Source: Raillietiella orientalis
Taxonomy: Eukaryota
Assembly: GCA_036172245.1 (NCBI GenBank)
Contig: JAYWIR010000015.1
Location: 1,550,001-1,614,000 of the forward strand
Length of the DNA: 64,000 nucleotides
Direction of reading: 5' to 3'
The notes beneath the pieces are model-generated. The model made no database searches. It had not been told where the DNA came from and saw only the letters and a program-made list of their open reading frames with translations. The stretch's first letter is position 1; the number at the start of each line of letters is the position of its first letter. Below are positions 1-13,676 of the stretch, piece after piece. The position numbers were made by a program, and so were the translations under genes.

Positions 1-149
1 CCAACAAAACCATTCCAACACTTCCATTTCCCGCTGAAATTTCAAAATAGTAAAATTAGGTCGTAGTAATAATAATAACAAAAGAAGTTTACTTGCACTG
101 ATGAAATGACGATGTCTCCAGTTGAGAACATCGTCGTTGAACGAAGTTT
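1..149 (-). CDS. Candidate downstream Kidins220 exons (149-93 and 33-<1)
   Basis: Acceptor cttttccatag, a 57-nt exon, donor gtaaac, a 59-nt intron ending atttcag, then an open exon running off the window edge. Reading frame and link to the 6485 donor are unresolved. Confidence 0.35.
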
Positions 150-1828
150 CTATGGAAAAGATCGTGCACATTTTAAAGCTCAGATGCGAAAGATACAACA
201 CCTTGCGACAGTTTTACTGCGAGGATGACATCCCAGTTTTGATTTTGGTGAGATCCAAGTAAGATTTACGGTCAAGAAAAAAGCAATGCAGCTGTCTTTT
301 CTCTCGAATGAGGTTACAAACTTCCGCTTGCATTCCCCTGAAGGAAAAGGCTGCTTCCGTGTGTTTTGTCAGCACTATGCATGCCAGCATTCGTGTATCA
401 AATGTGGAGTTCGGATTTTACGAGACTGTTGATTTTCCGAGGAATACCTTTCCCAGTATGTTTCTGATCTGCACAAAGGCTATGCGGGTCTGGGCTATTT
501 TTTTTCCTTCGAAAATTAAACATTGAAATGTTCTTTTCCATCCGTAGCAAAAGCAGCGCTCTCTTCAGTTGATGACAGCATATCCATTTTTCGAATCGGC
601 ACTTCTGCGGGGGTTTTCGAAAAATTTCGCAATCCTACAATAAATAAACCCGCTGGAATTTTTTAAATCGGATGATTGATTCTCCGGATCTGGAGACTTC
701 CATGTTCATCCGTTGCTGTTCTATTTAGATTTCGTTTATCGATCTATGGGCTCCAGCCAGTTTCTTGGAATCTCGATTAAAATGATACCAGGCAATAATC
801 GTAATCTTCAATGTTGTTGTTGTTCCCTCCTCTAAGCAGGTAGTTTTTCAACCAGAAGAAACAATGGGTCTTCTCATAGCCGCATGATTCTCTCTTTTTG
901 ATTTCTTGCAAACTGAACATCGCCGATTCTTTCACCTTCATGGATACATTGCTCAAGTAACCACACTTCATCCTTAGACCAGTCTCAGAATCCGGAGTCA
1001 GTTATTATTTTCCCATGGGAACCAGAAATCTTGTCCTCTATGGTTATATCTTTGACCAGAAATACCTTCAGCATACACAGATACCCCCCTTCAATCGTCA
1101 ACTTATCAGCCTTCATTTCATGTAACTCGATGCAACTAATAATCAAATTGCATCTGGATTACGGATAAAGAAATGTGTATCTTCTACATTCCTATTTTCC
1201 AGAAGCAGAACTCGAAATCCAAAGAAGGAAACGGAGCTGTTTCCGGACGTCATATGAAACATAAGTGGGTCGTGTATGCATGACACTGACGACTGGAGCG
1301 ATGTGGAAAACCATAACCGATGGAACGTGAGAGCCATGCCAAAGAGGAATGCATCCGTTTTCGCTGATTGGAAAAGGTTAATCAGAGTGCACGGATTTGC
1401 AGATATGACGGCTAATCATTCGGTCCCGCGGCTTGCTGAGGGACTGCGAGTCTTGGGAGGGATCGCCGTCTTCCCGGAAGCTGCTGTCCTGCCTCACTTC
1501 AATATGCATGTGCAACAAGTAACTTCTGCGAATGCATAGAACTCAAAAAGCGCTTGCCATTTTCGTATTGCGATTGACGAAGCATCCTGAAGAGTTCACG
1601 ATGTATATGTATCTGTAAGTTGATTCTGAGAGTGGAAATTGGATTATCTCAAACCCTTCAGATGGAAGACACTGCTTTCGATTCACTGCTTTCCAAAATC
1701 TTTTTTTTTGTGTGTGTGTTTTGCAGGCATCGAGATCCTGATCAAAAAGCATGATGGGCTTGGTACAATCGAATATGTGTATTTTTTTCCAAGAAAGTCT
1801 TGAACAAGAATAATTCACCAATGTTCAA

Positions 1829-1855
1829 ACACACACACACACACACACACACACA
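1829..1855. repeat. (AC)n microsatellite
   Basis: About 13 AC units read directly. Confidence 0.95.
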
Positions 1856-4779
1856 ACGCATTGTCTTAAAGAAAAAAAAAAATGTTTCAAAAGGATCTTT
1901 GTTTGTTTGCTACTGCAGTTCATGAAAGAAGGAATTGCCTTCAAAACGAATCGTTGTGAGCTTTAGAAAAGTCGTAAAATGAATTCAGACGTTGGTGAAT
2001 GGGCTGGAAAGACCAAGGTGATGCTGATAGGCAAACCAGTGGTGAGAGACCTGTAGTTTTAGAAATCAGCTTCAAGAGAAGCTGAAACAAGGAGTTTTCA
2101 CTCTTAAGATCGTCCTCAATGAACAAACGAAAATAATCGTTCGGAAAAAAAGAGCACACACTTGCAAATGTAAACAAACGCTAGGAAAGCACTCACGAGC
2201 AACAACGCTGTTGACGACGCAAGAGAAAAAGTTGAGTATACCGATAAGCCTCAGGACCTAGGAAAAATGTGCCTAGAGGAAAAGTGAGACAGTTTGACTC
2301 GAAAGCTATGGTTTCTTTCTTGCAAATGATCTGTGAATTTGCAAGGATTTGAACTACTTCAAGGAACAAGAAGCGTGGGTCGAAAACAGCCAGCAATTGA
2401 AAATCCAGAGACCCAGTGGTCAAGAGGAATTCAGGAGACAATGTGGAAGCGAGAAACAAATTTGAAACCGACACGTCCCATCGGTTTCAAGTTTATTTCT
2501 ACCAACTTTGCTAGAAAGCGCAGCGGCTAGATAAAGGCGTGACTCTCAGCGGAAGAGATAAATATGAGATCATGGAGAAGAAAACAGAGCCTCTAAACGC
2601 TGATAAACCAAGTTCACAGCAAAAATTCCGCACCGAAGAATTTGATTTTCCGGTTTGCATCTGATCTGGCAGTCTTTTCTGACACCAGGACAACAGTACG
2701 CGCACAGATTTACAAGTCCCACTCTGTAGGGACGGAATTGGCTTGGGTCTGCGGATCTCTCTACGGTGGAATTCCTTGAACGACGAACCCTTCAAATCGA
2801 GAGCGAAAAAAACGTTGAAATTGAGCTGGGTTGCGCTTCCATACAAACGTGCAAGGCACCGCTGTATGAAAACCACATTTGCATCCGTTGTAAGCAGGTC
2901 CACACATCATCTGTATACACTTCTTTCTCATCTTACTTTCTCACTCCTACACTTCAGTAGGTTCACTTTTCCCAAGATTCACTTCTTTTCGAAGCAAACC
3001 CACCAACTATTTCTTAATAATTTTTTTCTGGAGTTTTCTTTATCCTGTCTAAGGTTCTCCAAGGTGTGCATTCTGTTAGGCAGTGTGCCAGAGTAGTCTT
3101 TTTTTCCATGTGGTGTAGCTGAATCTTGCACAGCACTTGACAGAATTCAAATGTTACAGAAGACACCAGAGGCTTTCATATACAAAGAAATTCCGTAGAC
3201 ATCAAGAGTTCTTTTAAGTTTTAAGGCTCATGTGATTCACAAGGAGATAAAAGCACTCGCGACGTACCACAGATTCCTGATAGCTACATGCAGAAAGGAG
3301 CGCTTGAAGCTGCTGTTATTCGCATTAAAGGCAAAGAAATGACAATGGTAAAGAAAACGCAGTAAGGCAAGCAATGGCAAATAAATAGCAAGCAAATAGA
3401 TAGATAGCAAGGCAGGCAATGACAAAGAAATCTCCCCGAGTAAACACGGAGGGATTTCTTATGAAAGAGTTGCATTCCTAATCCATTTCCTTCGAAAGCT
3501 CAAGTTCAATGACAAGACTTCTCTCCCTCTCTAAGCGTGTTTCTCGGAATATCCAGTGTCCGTTTCTTGGGATACTTGTTAGCTTACAAATGCCCATAAC
3601 GTGAAATGAATGTGTTTTTTGTCGTGCGAGAATCCTGCCAGCAGCAATCGAGTTAAGGGTCCAAATTTCGGCTTTGTTGGAATCCAAGTACCGTTTAAAG
3701 CAAAAAAAAAAACCGGGAGAGCCTCGTGCTTACTGGAATCTTAAAGGATTATTCCCTCCGATTCAGGTTACTCGTGAAAGGATATCGACGATAGTAATTT
3801 CCTTGAGATATCTCACAAGATCCTGGGATTTATTCTAACCCGAACAGTTTCTTCGCTTACTTACCTCCAATTCTATATTCTATTACGATAAATTCATACC
3901 ATACGCTCCATCGCATTCGGCTGTCCTTTTAACCTCCATGCAGCAAGGAGATATTCATTAATAATAAAACGTGACAATACCAGCGACATGCACCGCTTAC
4001 GATGATGAACGCCGTTTCTTAGACTGAAAAGAAGCAATGGACTGAAAGGTTCCCATGATGATGCAAATGGGTACGTAAGAATGCCTCTAGGATGACACGA
4101 ATGCCGCCATTCTTGTAATCCTAGAGGAGGAAAGAGGAGAGAAAACTAAAGTATCTGGATGTGTCTGCCAAACTCGGGCTGAATAACAGTACCGCAAGTC
4201 ATGGTAAGTCTTGGGAACACCAAAAATCAAGAATGGCCTACTTGCGCGTGGTAAGGTATCAAAAATGCTTGTAGATTTCGGGAATGCCAATGTCCTTATT
4301 GCTCAGACGCGAGCACATCTAGTCACTTATGCAGCTTCCTTAGATAAGTGCATATGGCATGGGAGTGAGAAGCACAATACACGTTGGCCAAACGTAGACG
4401 GTTAGCGGGTAAAGGCAAGAGAGCTTTGAAAGAACGGCTCACCGCTCTCATTGCATTAACGAGAGAGGACGAAATGCTGAACTGCTTCCTCCTTGTTCAG
4501 TAAAACGGAGCCCAAGAAGAAGAAAAACACTAATGTGACTGCACGTACAGAATGGTATTCCGAACGAAAAACAAAGCAGTAGATGAATGTGCTCACAACG
4601 ACCAGCGAAAAGCCGCAGTCAGCTGAAAGAAAGCGAAGAAGAACAGCGAAGTCAGAAGAAAAAGAAGAACCCAAGGATTTCCAGCGTCCTAGGCCAATAG
4701 CAACGATCTCCTCGTGGGGGTCGCTACTGGCCTTTTTTTTTAAAAGAAAAAAAACCGCAGTCGATGATGAAATAAGCGA

Positions 4780-6060
4780 TTGGAATCAAAAGAACTCTGC
4801 GAAAGACTCGTTAGCTGCTGTCCACAAGAATATCAGGAGCTCTGTTATAAACATCGTTGACTTATAGGCGGTGCTTAAAAGCGTGACCGAAATTCCAGAA
4901 AGTCTGAGCTCATCGCTTGCAAGTAGGTGCTCAAATTCGAAATGGTACTTCGAAAATAGGAGCAGCAGTTTGTGGGCTGAAATGTCAGGCGACAGCACTG
5001 TAATGACGGTTGAAGCAGTCGTGAATGCAAAAAATATTCGGGCGAGTAGATGCGACCGACAGACGAATGGTATCAAGGTCATCACAAAATATGAACCGCT
5101 TGAGACAAGATGACATGTTGGTTTCATGAGATGATGCAAACCGAACCAATCCACTTGGCGGATGATTTACGCAAGTCTAATTTTCAGAAAATACTGGCAT
5201 GAATGGTAACTCAGCAGCGTTGGACACCGAGTAAACTCACTGCTTTTCCCCTCACTGGTTTTCTCAGTCGTTTTTTCTTTCTCAGTCTGAAATACGACCC
5301 ATCTTTAAAATTCGAGGCCTTCTTCTGTGAAAATCCGATGCCAACGAAAAGCACGCTTCGCTGAGATTGCAAGTTTTCTCTGACCAGGTTGTTCTGGTCA
5401 CTCAAATGGCTTAGCGAAACGACTGTACGGAGGCAAATCCCATCTCTCTCATTGAGGAGAGCCGAGTCAAGTAGGAAGCTCCCGTAATCCATCGTAGAAG
5501 CCTTCGAGTTTTACTCGATCGTCTGCCGTTTCTACCAGCCACTGAAGAGGGACATACGAAGGATCACGCGTTTTGAAATTCCGTTCCTTCCCTCATTCTC
5601 TCTGTGTCCTTGCTCGCTATCAAGCTGATGATTGCAGTTCAGTTGAAGTCACTCGCTGCAGAAGCACTCCTGATAGTTCTTCACATCTTGGCAAACTGGA
5701 GAACACTTATCTCAACTTCTCGAGCGGCTCATGGGTTTTTTGAGTCTTCCTTGAGTGGAAGTAGATGACTGGCGGAGAGCGACTCACTAAGCAGCAGCTA
5801 ATGGGGCTCGAATTGAGACTGTTTCGCCACCAAGCGAATTTTGTGGTTTAGATGTCTTTCATCTCAGGGATACAACACTGTTTCCCCTGGATGCATTCAT
5901 CCGTCTCTGGATGGAGATTTACCGAAAGGAACACGATTCTACTTAGACAGTTCGGGAAAAGAGGCGTGGACTGGATGTTTTCCACCCTCTGCTAGTCGTT
6001 ATCGAAGGAGGACCAAGTTGGGGCTATGCAAACAAATCAGCTTAGGTCACAGATGAGGTC
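4780..6060 (-). mobile_element. Heavily decayed Ty3/gypsy pol fragment (RNase H - integrase) in a Kidins220 intron
   Basis: Broken minus-strand translations in gypsy domain order: AEGGKHPVHASFPELSK* (like DGSERPIAFASRTLSK, RNase H, about 5950-5995); QPGQRKLAISAKRAFRWHRI (like HPGIVRMKSLARSYVWWPGI, about 5330-5395); TTASTVITVLS...LSGISVTLLSTAY (integrase core-like, about 4860-5025). Many stops and frameshifts; no LTRs found. Confidence 0.5.
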
Positions 6061-6484
6061 AGATGAAGCCCAATCACACAAATGTCAATCTCTTCCATTT
6101 GCAAGATTTCTGTGCACTCCAAAGATCATCATCCTCAGGGAAATTTCAGGAAGATACTCCTCCGCCGAAAAAATGAAACTGAAGAAGCAAATCTACTCTG
6201 GATGTCCAAAGCTGTCCCAGTGTCCTGTTCCGCTGGTTATCTCCCGACTGGTACATTTATAGAACAACCTAAAGAACGTTGCGCGCCTAAAGAACCAGTT
6301 CCTTCTCTGACTGCTGCGAAACACACTGGTGATTCACACACTGTTTGTCCACGTGCATTCACCAAACTTTCAGGCAGATGCCAGACTTGCGCGCACAGAA
6401 ACATTCGCACACTTTACAGTCCAAAGGGTAAAAAGGTAAGTGTACGTTGTGAAGTTCACAAGAACCAACCAAAGAATAACTCAC

Positions 6485-9400
6485 ATGTCTCGAAGTGCTG
6501 ATCTGCTGCTGCGTAACGAGACTGGTGCGCGAGCAATTTTCTGCTGCTGCTTGAGACTTCTGGCTGAACCGAAAGGCGGTCTCTTGGGAAACCTTCACCT
6601 TTCGCAGGGCGGCGTTCTGCAGATAGAATGGAAGATGCACGCTGTTTCGCAGATACTCGTAACCGCTGATGTTGGCCTCGCACAAGATGCGGTGGATGTT
6701 GGTGGAAAAAGCCTGGAATGACAAGCTGAGAAAAAATTCCTCAGTATCTTCACTTGTACCTTTACTACAATGTGGGGGTCTATAGCCAAGATGATGATGA
6801 AAGGGCTGTAGGATTCAGTGAAGAGAGAGTTCACGGCATCGAGAACCTGCAGGACTTTCTCTTGCTCGCAGCTGTCCAACCCATCCAGAATAATCACCAG
6901 ACGACTCTGCTGATCGGTAAACGCATCGAAGCACTTCGCCTGGGTACGGAACCACTAGAGCACCCACGCAGCCACGAGGGATTCTTACCATGTTCACGAG
7001 AAATTTGACATGATGTCGCAACACCTGAAGGTAACCTTCGGTGCGCAAGCCATCCAAGTGGTACAGAGAACGCCGAATGACAGTCTTGTACGAAAAAACA
7101 AAGGATACGGTGAGTTGCCCAAACATGTATAGGCTCGCCAGAAAAGCAGTGGACAGGATTATGACAATGGTGAGAAGAATGGACTGCAAAGTCGGTATGT
7201 TGACATTCCTGCACGAAATGAGTGAATTGTGCCATCCGTGACTCCATCCTCACTTGGTTCTCGAAGATGCCGGTTCTAAACCTGTGCCAAACACCGTAAC
7301 CAAGACTATTCCTGCCCAGAAAATGACTTCACAGAACAAAAGGATGGCCAAAGTCGGGATGCAGCATATTCGACGGAAATACCAATCCGAAGTGGGGGCA
7401 ACTGTGAAAGAGAGCGTAGCGTAGAAGAAGAAAACACGAGCTTACTTGCCACCGGTCGGAACACTCTATAGAGGCGTATAGTCCAGCGTCCATAATAATC
7501 CTCCAAGGAGTTATGCATCGAAGTTATGATTTCGATGATGGAGTTTTCCCCCGTTCCGGATGACGTGACTTTCCCGTGGCTGGAGAAAAAGAACCTGGCC
7601 GAGAAACCTGAAGCTAGAGGTCAGCTCCATAGTACCTCACAGGTCTTGTATGGATGGGTTTCTTTGCGTGACTACTCCCAGAAGGATGCGTGAATAAAAT
7701 CTGCAGTATCACCTTCAAACGCTGCATGAGTCTGCCGATTGCAACGCTGACTTTGTAAGGGAAACGCCAGTAGTATCTTGAGAGCGGTCATAGGGAAGCA
7801 ATGGACGCACCATTATGAGCTCACCTCCTGCTGCCGTACCAAGCGAAGAAACACAATGTGATTATAAAGACGAAGAGACTAGCCGCTACGGAAAAGCCCA
7901 TGATCCAAGCGTTACCGGTTTGCATCCTTGAGTACAACACCAGGCTCAATATGAGCCCCACCGTCACTCCTGCTTTGACGAAAATCCAAAAGGAAATCCA
8001 GCTGAACTGAAACGTCGGGTCGTTCTGCCACTGCTCGCCGAATTTTTTTACGTCATCTTCGGAGTTGCTGGTTCCCCATTTTTCAAACGCTCCCCAAGCC
8101 TTACCACAGATCCTCCTTAGAATAAAGGATTTTCCACTACCCCAGCGCGCGTACAATCCTACAGAGATCGGCATGGACAGATAGGGCTCGCTTAGCATAT
8201 CGGCTAGAGCGCTACTGTACAAATCATAACCTAACATGTTCTCGCTGTCTTCGTTCGTATTTAACCGCCCTAAGAACACTTGTTTTTCCAGAAGGAACAT
8301 TTGCTTTCTCTTACGGGCTCCGAAGACTTGTCCCAGAATGGTCTTCTCGTGACTCATATCGATATTGTAGGGAGTCTCTCCTACCCGATTAGACTTGTAC
8401 AGCAATTTGCTGTTGATAGGATTGCGGAGAAGAACTTCTACTATCCCCTGAAGATGGGAATATGTTTTCGTCCTTCGCCAACCAACCTTTGAACGGCTCC
8501 TCATGGCTACATGCAGAGAATTGTCCCCTTTCTTATCACAAGCTGATACTTTGGCTTTAGCTTCCAGCAGCAGCACAATGATCTCTATATTGCGATTCCT
8601 CACAGCCTTTAGCAAAGGGGTGCTGCCATCTTTTGCCGCCAATTCCAAATCTGGTTTTGCTTTAAGTAAGACTCTCACTACGCTTGTGTGGTTGCGCTCT
8701 ACGGCCCAGTAAATAGCCGTTTTCCCTTCCTGCAAAATGACACATCAGAAATGAAATCCGTCTTCCCTAATTCTCATAGAGCACGAGAGTAAGCCATCTC
8801 CAGACGATACTGCGCCGCAGTCGAAAAAATGATGGAAACAGTTGAATAAACATGCAAAGTCGCGAATAGGAGTGAAGAGAAAAGCATACCTGTCCTTGAA
8901 TATTCACATCAGCATACTTTTTAAGGAGCAATTCGACTATTTTCTTGTGCCCCGCTTTACTAGCATGAATCAGATTGGAGTCTTTGTTCCTATCCTAGAA
9001 TATGCATGCAGAAGATGTTTAGATCCATCGTCGCCTGTAGGATTCAACCTGTAGGTTGACGTAGGCACCATGGTTAAGAAGCTGCTCTGCTATTTCCACG
9101 TAATTTTCCTTGCAAGAAATCGTAAGAGCTGTACATCCGTCTTTATCCAGCGCGTTCACATTCGGTTTTTTTTCCAGCAAAAGGGCTACGATGTCTGTGT
9201 AATTTCCCTGAGTCGAAACCAGCAATGAGGTCCAAGAATACTAAAAATTTGAGAACATCGCGCTGTTTCTTATGTATTTTTATCCCTTTTCTTTACAATG
9301 CCTGCAGCATCCACGTTAGCCCCATTATCTAGTAAATTCTTCACTATTTCAGTATATCCTTTTCTGCAGGCCCAAACTAGGGGAGTGGTTCCAAACTGGA

Positions 9401-12400
9401 AACACAGAACTCATGTTCCTTTTGGATTCCTAGAAAGTCTTACTTTATCTCCCAAGTTAACTTTAGCACCATATTTCAAAATCAGCTTTACGATGTCCGT
9501 ATGTCCCCTGCCTGCAGCCCATAATAAGCTGGTTGCATGGAAGAATCCAAGAGCGTTAACGTTGGCTTCCCTTTCTAAAAGAAGCTTAACAACTTCGTAG
9601 TGGCCTTTGTAACTTGCCCAAATAAGAGGAGTCCAGTGACCCTAATGTATCGAATTTGAACATGTGGCATAAGTTTTCGAACTTCAAAGATTATGCGAAC
9701 ATTGATGGCAATGACTACACACTAATCACTATTCATAAATCATGGGTCTTGATTGGTAGTAAACTTGTACTAATCAGAGCTAAACACACAAGAATATGAC
9801 TACTACTACTTTTTGTTCCCGTTAGCGAAGTGTGTCAAAGAGTTCCACCTGAGATTACCAAAGCACATTCCTTCAAACATTGTGACCAAAGGATCACTAT
9901 GGGCAATTTCAAATGAAAATTTTTGCGCCTGTAAGTAAATGAATAGAGCTGTGAATGAATACAACTCAAGGAGAAACAAAATGAATTTCCGATGTGAATA
10001 GAACTGTTTTTGGAAGAAAAAACAACAACAACATGGTCCTTGATCTTGAATTTTGTTACAGGATTGGCAGAAAGTTTTTAATAAAATCTAAAAGTTGGTT
10101 GCTTTGCTTAAAAGTTGCTTTCATCATTAGTTTGCCAAACTAACTTGATTAACAAACCGCAACCCCATGGATTTTCTCAACCAATCCCTACTCTCACTGC
10201 CAAGTTTTTATCTTTCACTGAGAAGCGAATAAGGTAATTAATAACTCTTGGGAATGCAGGAAAATTCAAGTTCAAATAAAGAGATGTTTTTCAACTGTAG
10301 TTTTATTCACTGAAGCATTTGACCATTTTGGCAAAATTTAAAGATGGACTGTATAAAACTGGAAAATGGGATTGTTACGACTAAAAATCGCAACTCGTTC
10401 CATGGGAATTTCACATCAAAGCAACACCAACCCAGTGGCCATTTTGTTGAAACCAAACCAAGCAAGAAGATTCCTACGCATAACGTGCGACGGGCAGAAA
10501 CCAAAAGCAGAAATCCAAGGAGAGTCCGTCGGAGAAAATCAACAGCAGGAGTGCAACAAGTCAATGCTGTCAACAGCACAATTCCTGGAAGTGCTCTCGT
10601 TTCTTTAAGGTGAGTCTTCCGTTTTTTTGGTTTTTTTTTTTATATCTTATGCGCGAAAAGGCAAAGAATCGCTTCGTTGTGTGTGATTTGCTGTTTTTAA
10701 CCACAAGAGGTCATTTTGGTCTCGGAAACTCGAAAGTAACTCACCAAAACCACCGTATGGATTCATGTTAATGAACAAATAATACGACTTGGCTCGAAAC
10801 ATAAGGGGGAAAAACTAGCTGAATCGAGAACTCGAAAATAGGGAGGAGTATTGCCAGCAGTGAACACATTGAAGCAAGGAGGATGACGAGACGAAACTGC
10901 TGTCAGTGCTAGTGGTCTTTGTAGCACCAAATAACACATAAGCCGGCAAAGGAAAACACGGAAACTCATGTGGAAGAGTCATCACGATGCTGTTTGAAGT
11001 CATTTGAAATCATGCTGTTTTAGAGAGAGAGAGAACTTCACATTATGCTGGAATAAATGCGTTTTTTTCCTTCTTTTTTTCGGGTTAAACCGATAAACAC
11101 TGCTCCCTTTATAAATGTCCATCCATGGAAGCAAAGTGCTAAATACTGCCTCCAAAGGGAAGGAAATGATGAATGTAGAAGTTTTCTGCATCCCCAAAGG
11201 AAAATAACATGTCTTTGGCGAATACAAAGCAAAATGTAGTTAAAAAATAGAATTTACGTAGCTGTTAGAGGAAACCTACTTAGGAAATCACGCGACTAAA
11301 AGTTACTGTGAAGTTTACCACCCAAAAATGATTTGGAGATTCAATGACACATAACGTTTCTTTGGACTGGTAAACGAAAGCTCCGTTTCTATTATAACTG
11401 GGAACTGATAATTGAAAATCGAGAGTTAGGCTTTGAACTACTAATAATAGCACAAACAAATTAAATAATAATAATAATAAATTTTCCTTACAAGATCCCG
11501 TTGTTCTACCAATGCTCCTTTGTTCAACAGTTCCAGAGCGACTTGGGAATGTCCTTCTCTTGATGCCAGGAGCAGGGGTGTCCACTTATCCTAATAAAGT
11601 AGTATATTCTTAATAAAACTTGGGTATGGGTATTATAGATGTGTACATTATCCTCTGCATTTGGATCAGCATTGTGTTTTAGTAGCTCTCTCACAAAGTC
11701 GATCTTCCCTAATTGGCTCGCTATCATGAGAGGAGTCGTTCCATTCTGAAAATGCAGATTCACTCCGTGAGTGCAAAGAACAAACTAAGCAATACAGAAG
11801 AAGAAAAAAAAAGAGAAACAGTTGCAAAAAATTCGGCCCACGTCGACATATGAAATGAGGAAACTATGCGACCGGGAGAGTTCCTTTTTATTCCTCCAGG
11901 ACCATTAGCACCGGGTTCCAAAACTGTCTTAAACGATCGATAGAGTGATTTGCCAAGAGCCGGATAAATCACCCATCAAACATATCTGCATGGCATTCCT
12001 TATGTAATGAATTGCAGAGATTCGCAATGTCCCTCTACATACACTTAAGAATGGCAGTCACTCCAAACTGCGCTTGAATCGCATTTTAATAAACGATGGA
12101 ATCCCCGAAGGCAAAGAAAACCAAAATAGACGTTTGCAAATGGCTGCTCCCAGCGAGGAAGAAACGCGAACCCAGTGGAATCCGGATAAACATTGAGATG
12201 GAAAGATTCTAAGTCAAGGACCATCGGGATGAAGGGCTGCCTAAATATAGAATCTGCATCTGCAATCTATGCGTGTGATCTATGTAATGTATTGTCATGG
12301 AACAAGATCTGGAAGCAGATTTGGAGGCAGCAGAAGAGCCCGGCCAATAAAACGGGATAGGAGACTTGCCTGGAACAAGTACAGATGAAATGGTGCTGCA

Positions 12401-13544
12401 CGAATCCCATCCGAAACCGTCCGGGACGAAAACATTACCAAGTCGAAAACACGGCCGGAAAAAACATTTGAGTGTAAATTTCATTTTGGAATTTGCAACA
12501 TCCGATTCGATCCCGAAATTTCTTATCTACTTCGATGTAAAAATTCTATTCACATGAAGTGGCCGTTATAGACCTGCTGCTGATATCGGTAATTAATAAA
12601 GAGGCTTATTCAATGATTTGCGCAGTTGAAGAAAGGAAGAAAGATAAAGAAGGAAAGCAATCATGACGATAGTGCTTATTTCGATGGCCAATCGAGGAAA
12701 GAGTTTGGCAATAAATGAAGTGATATTGAGGGAGATAAGTAAGCATGTATGAAATGTACACATTCATGCGTTGGGCACGAAATCGTGAATGGTTATCCAC
12801 ATACGCATGTGGTGCTTTCTAGAAAGGGAGGCAAGGCTTCAGATACTCGTGCTGAATCATCTCGTTTCATCTTTTTTTCATATGTATAATACATATATCG
12901 AGTTCTTTTGTCCATGGATTTGAAGGTGTTCCAAACCTTTCGGAAAACAAAATTTCGCCATTGATTCCGGCGCAACCGCTCCTCTTGATCCTGAGGCCCT
13001 TAGTAAGAAAACACTTTCAAAAACACCTGAAATCTTATCTGTTTACTTGTAAGTGTGTGTCTTTCCTAATAATTGATTCAGCCGAGGCTCTCTGTGCATT
13101 ATAACACCGAAAATTATCCGTGGAAGTTTCCACATGCGAATTGAAAGGTCCTCCGGAAAAGGTGCATAAATTGTCTGCATGTCCGAATTTGCTTGGAAGA
13201 AATCCAAGTCATTTAAAAACACATTTCCTATTTACTTCAGACAGTTATTTTTAATTTGGGTGGAAAAGGCACAAATGAAGAGTCGGTATTGCCCGAAGAC
13301 GCGGGATGAGAGCCGCCTTCACTTACCAAGCACCCGGATGCGAAAAAAAAAAAAAAAATCCTCGCTTCGCAGACGGTACATACAATAGTGACAGCTTGTA
13401 TTCTATTTGAACAAATGACATGTTTACCTCATCCCTTCCATCTACGTAAGTTTGTTGTTCCAAATAATGCTGCAAGCCAGAAAGACTGTCTTGAGTTATA
13501 CAGCCAGCAATAGCTTGGAAAGATGATGAATTAGATACGTCCAT
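6485..13544 (-). CDS. KIDINS220: Kinase D-interacting substrate of 220 kDa (Kidins220/ARMS) ortholog; ankyrin repeats + KAP P-loop NTPase with TM segments; 3'-incomplete in this model
   Basis: GT-AG exons traced by hand with consistent phases: 13544-13428, 11745-11647, 11590-11492, 9641-9444, 9395-9297, 9240-9049, 8994-8890, 8729-8487, 8447-8315, 8269-8105, 8056-7825, 7776-7636, 7594-7446, 7401-7254, 7208-6989, 6939-6760, 6712-6485 (2748 nt, 916 codons). Ankyrin repeats ([27 protein letters not shown]), [23 protein letters not shown], Walker [12 protein letters not shown], Walker [14 protein letters not shown], and [14 protein letters not shown] are characteristic of Kidins220. The last traced exon ends at donor CAT|GTGAGT with no stop. 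Confidence 0.95.
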
Positions 13545-13647
13545 TGTCTAGAAATGAAACAAGCTTCACCCTTCCGAATTTATCTTTGCTGCACAATAAA
13601 CACATTGCAAAATTCAAGATCAAACAAAAAACGCTTGATGAACTTAC

Positions 13648-13676
13648 AGGGAGTTGCTCTCGAGAATGAGGGTCCG
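13648..13676 (-). CDS. Candidate 29-nt Kidins220 micro-exon (phase 1 to phase 0; xDPHSREQLP)
   Basis: Acceptor ctaagtttttcaag and donor GTAAGT at 13647. The last codon CCT is in frame with ACA-ATG at the common acceptor 13547. Confidence 0.5.

Noticed and set aside
4211..4405. Retroviral protease-like KMLVDFG
   Set aside because: Not a D(S/T)G catalytic motif, and on the opposite strand to the neighbouring pol remnant.
7821..8735. The 304-aa ORF as a single exon or separate gene
   Set aside because: It spans four Kidins220 exons joined by three in-frame GT-AG introns.
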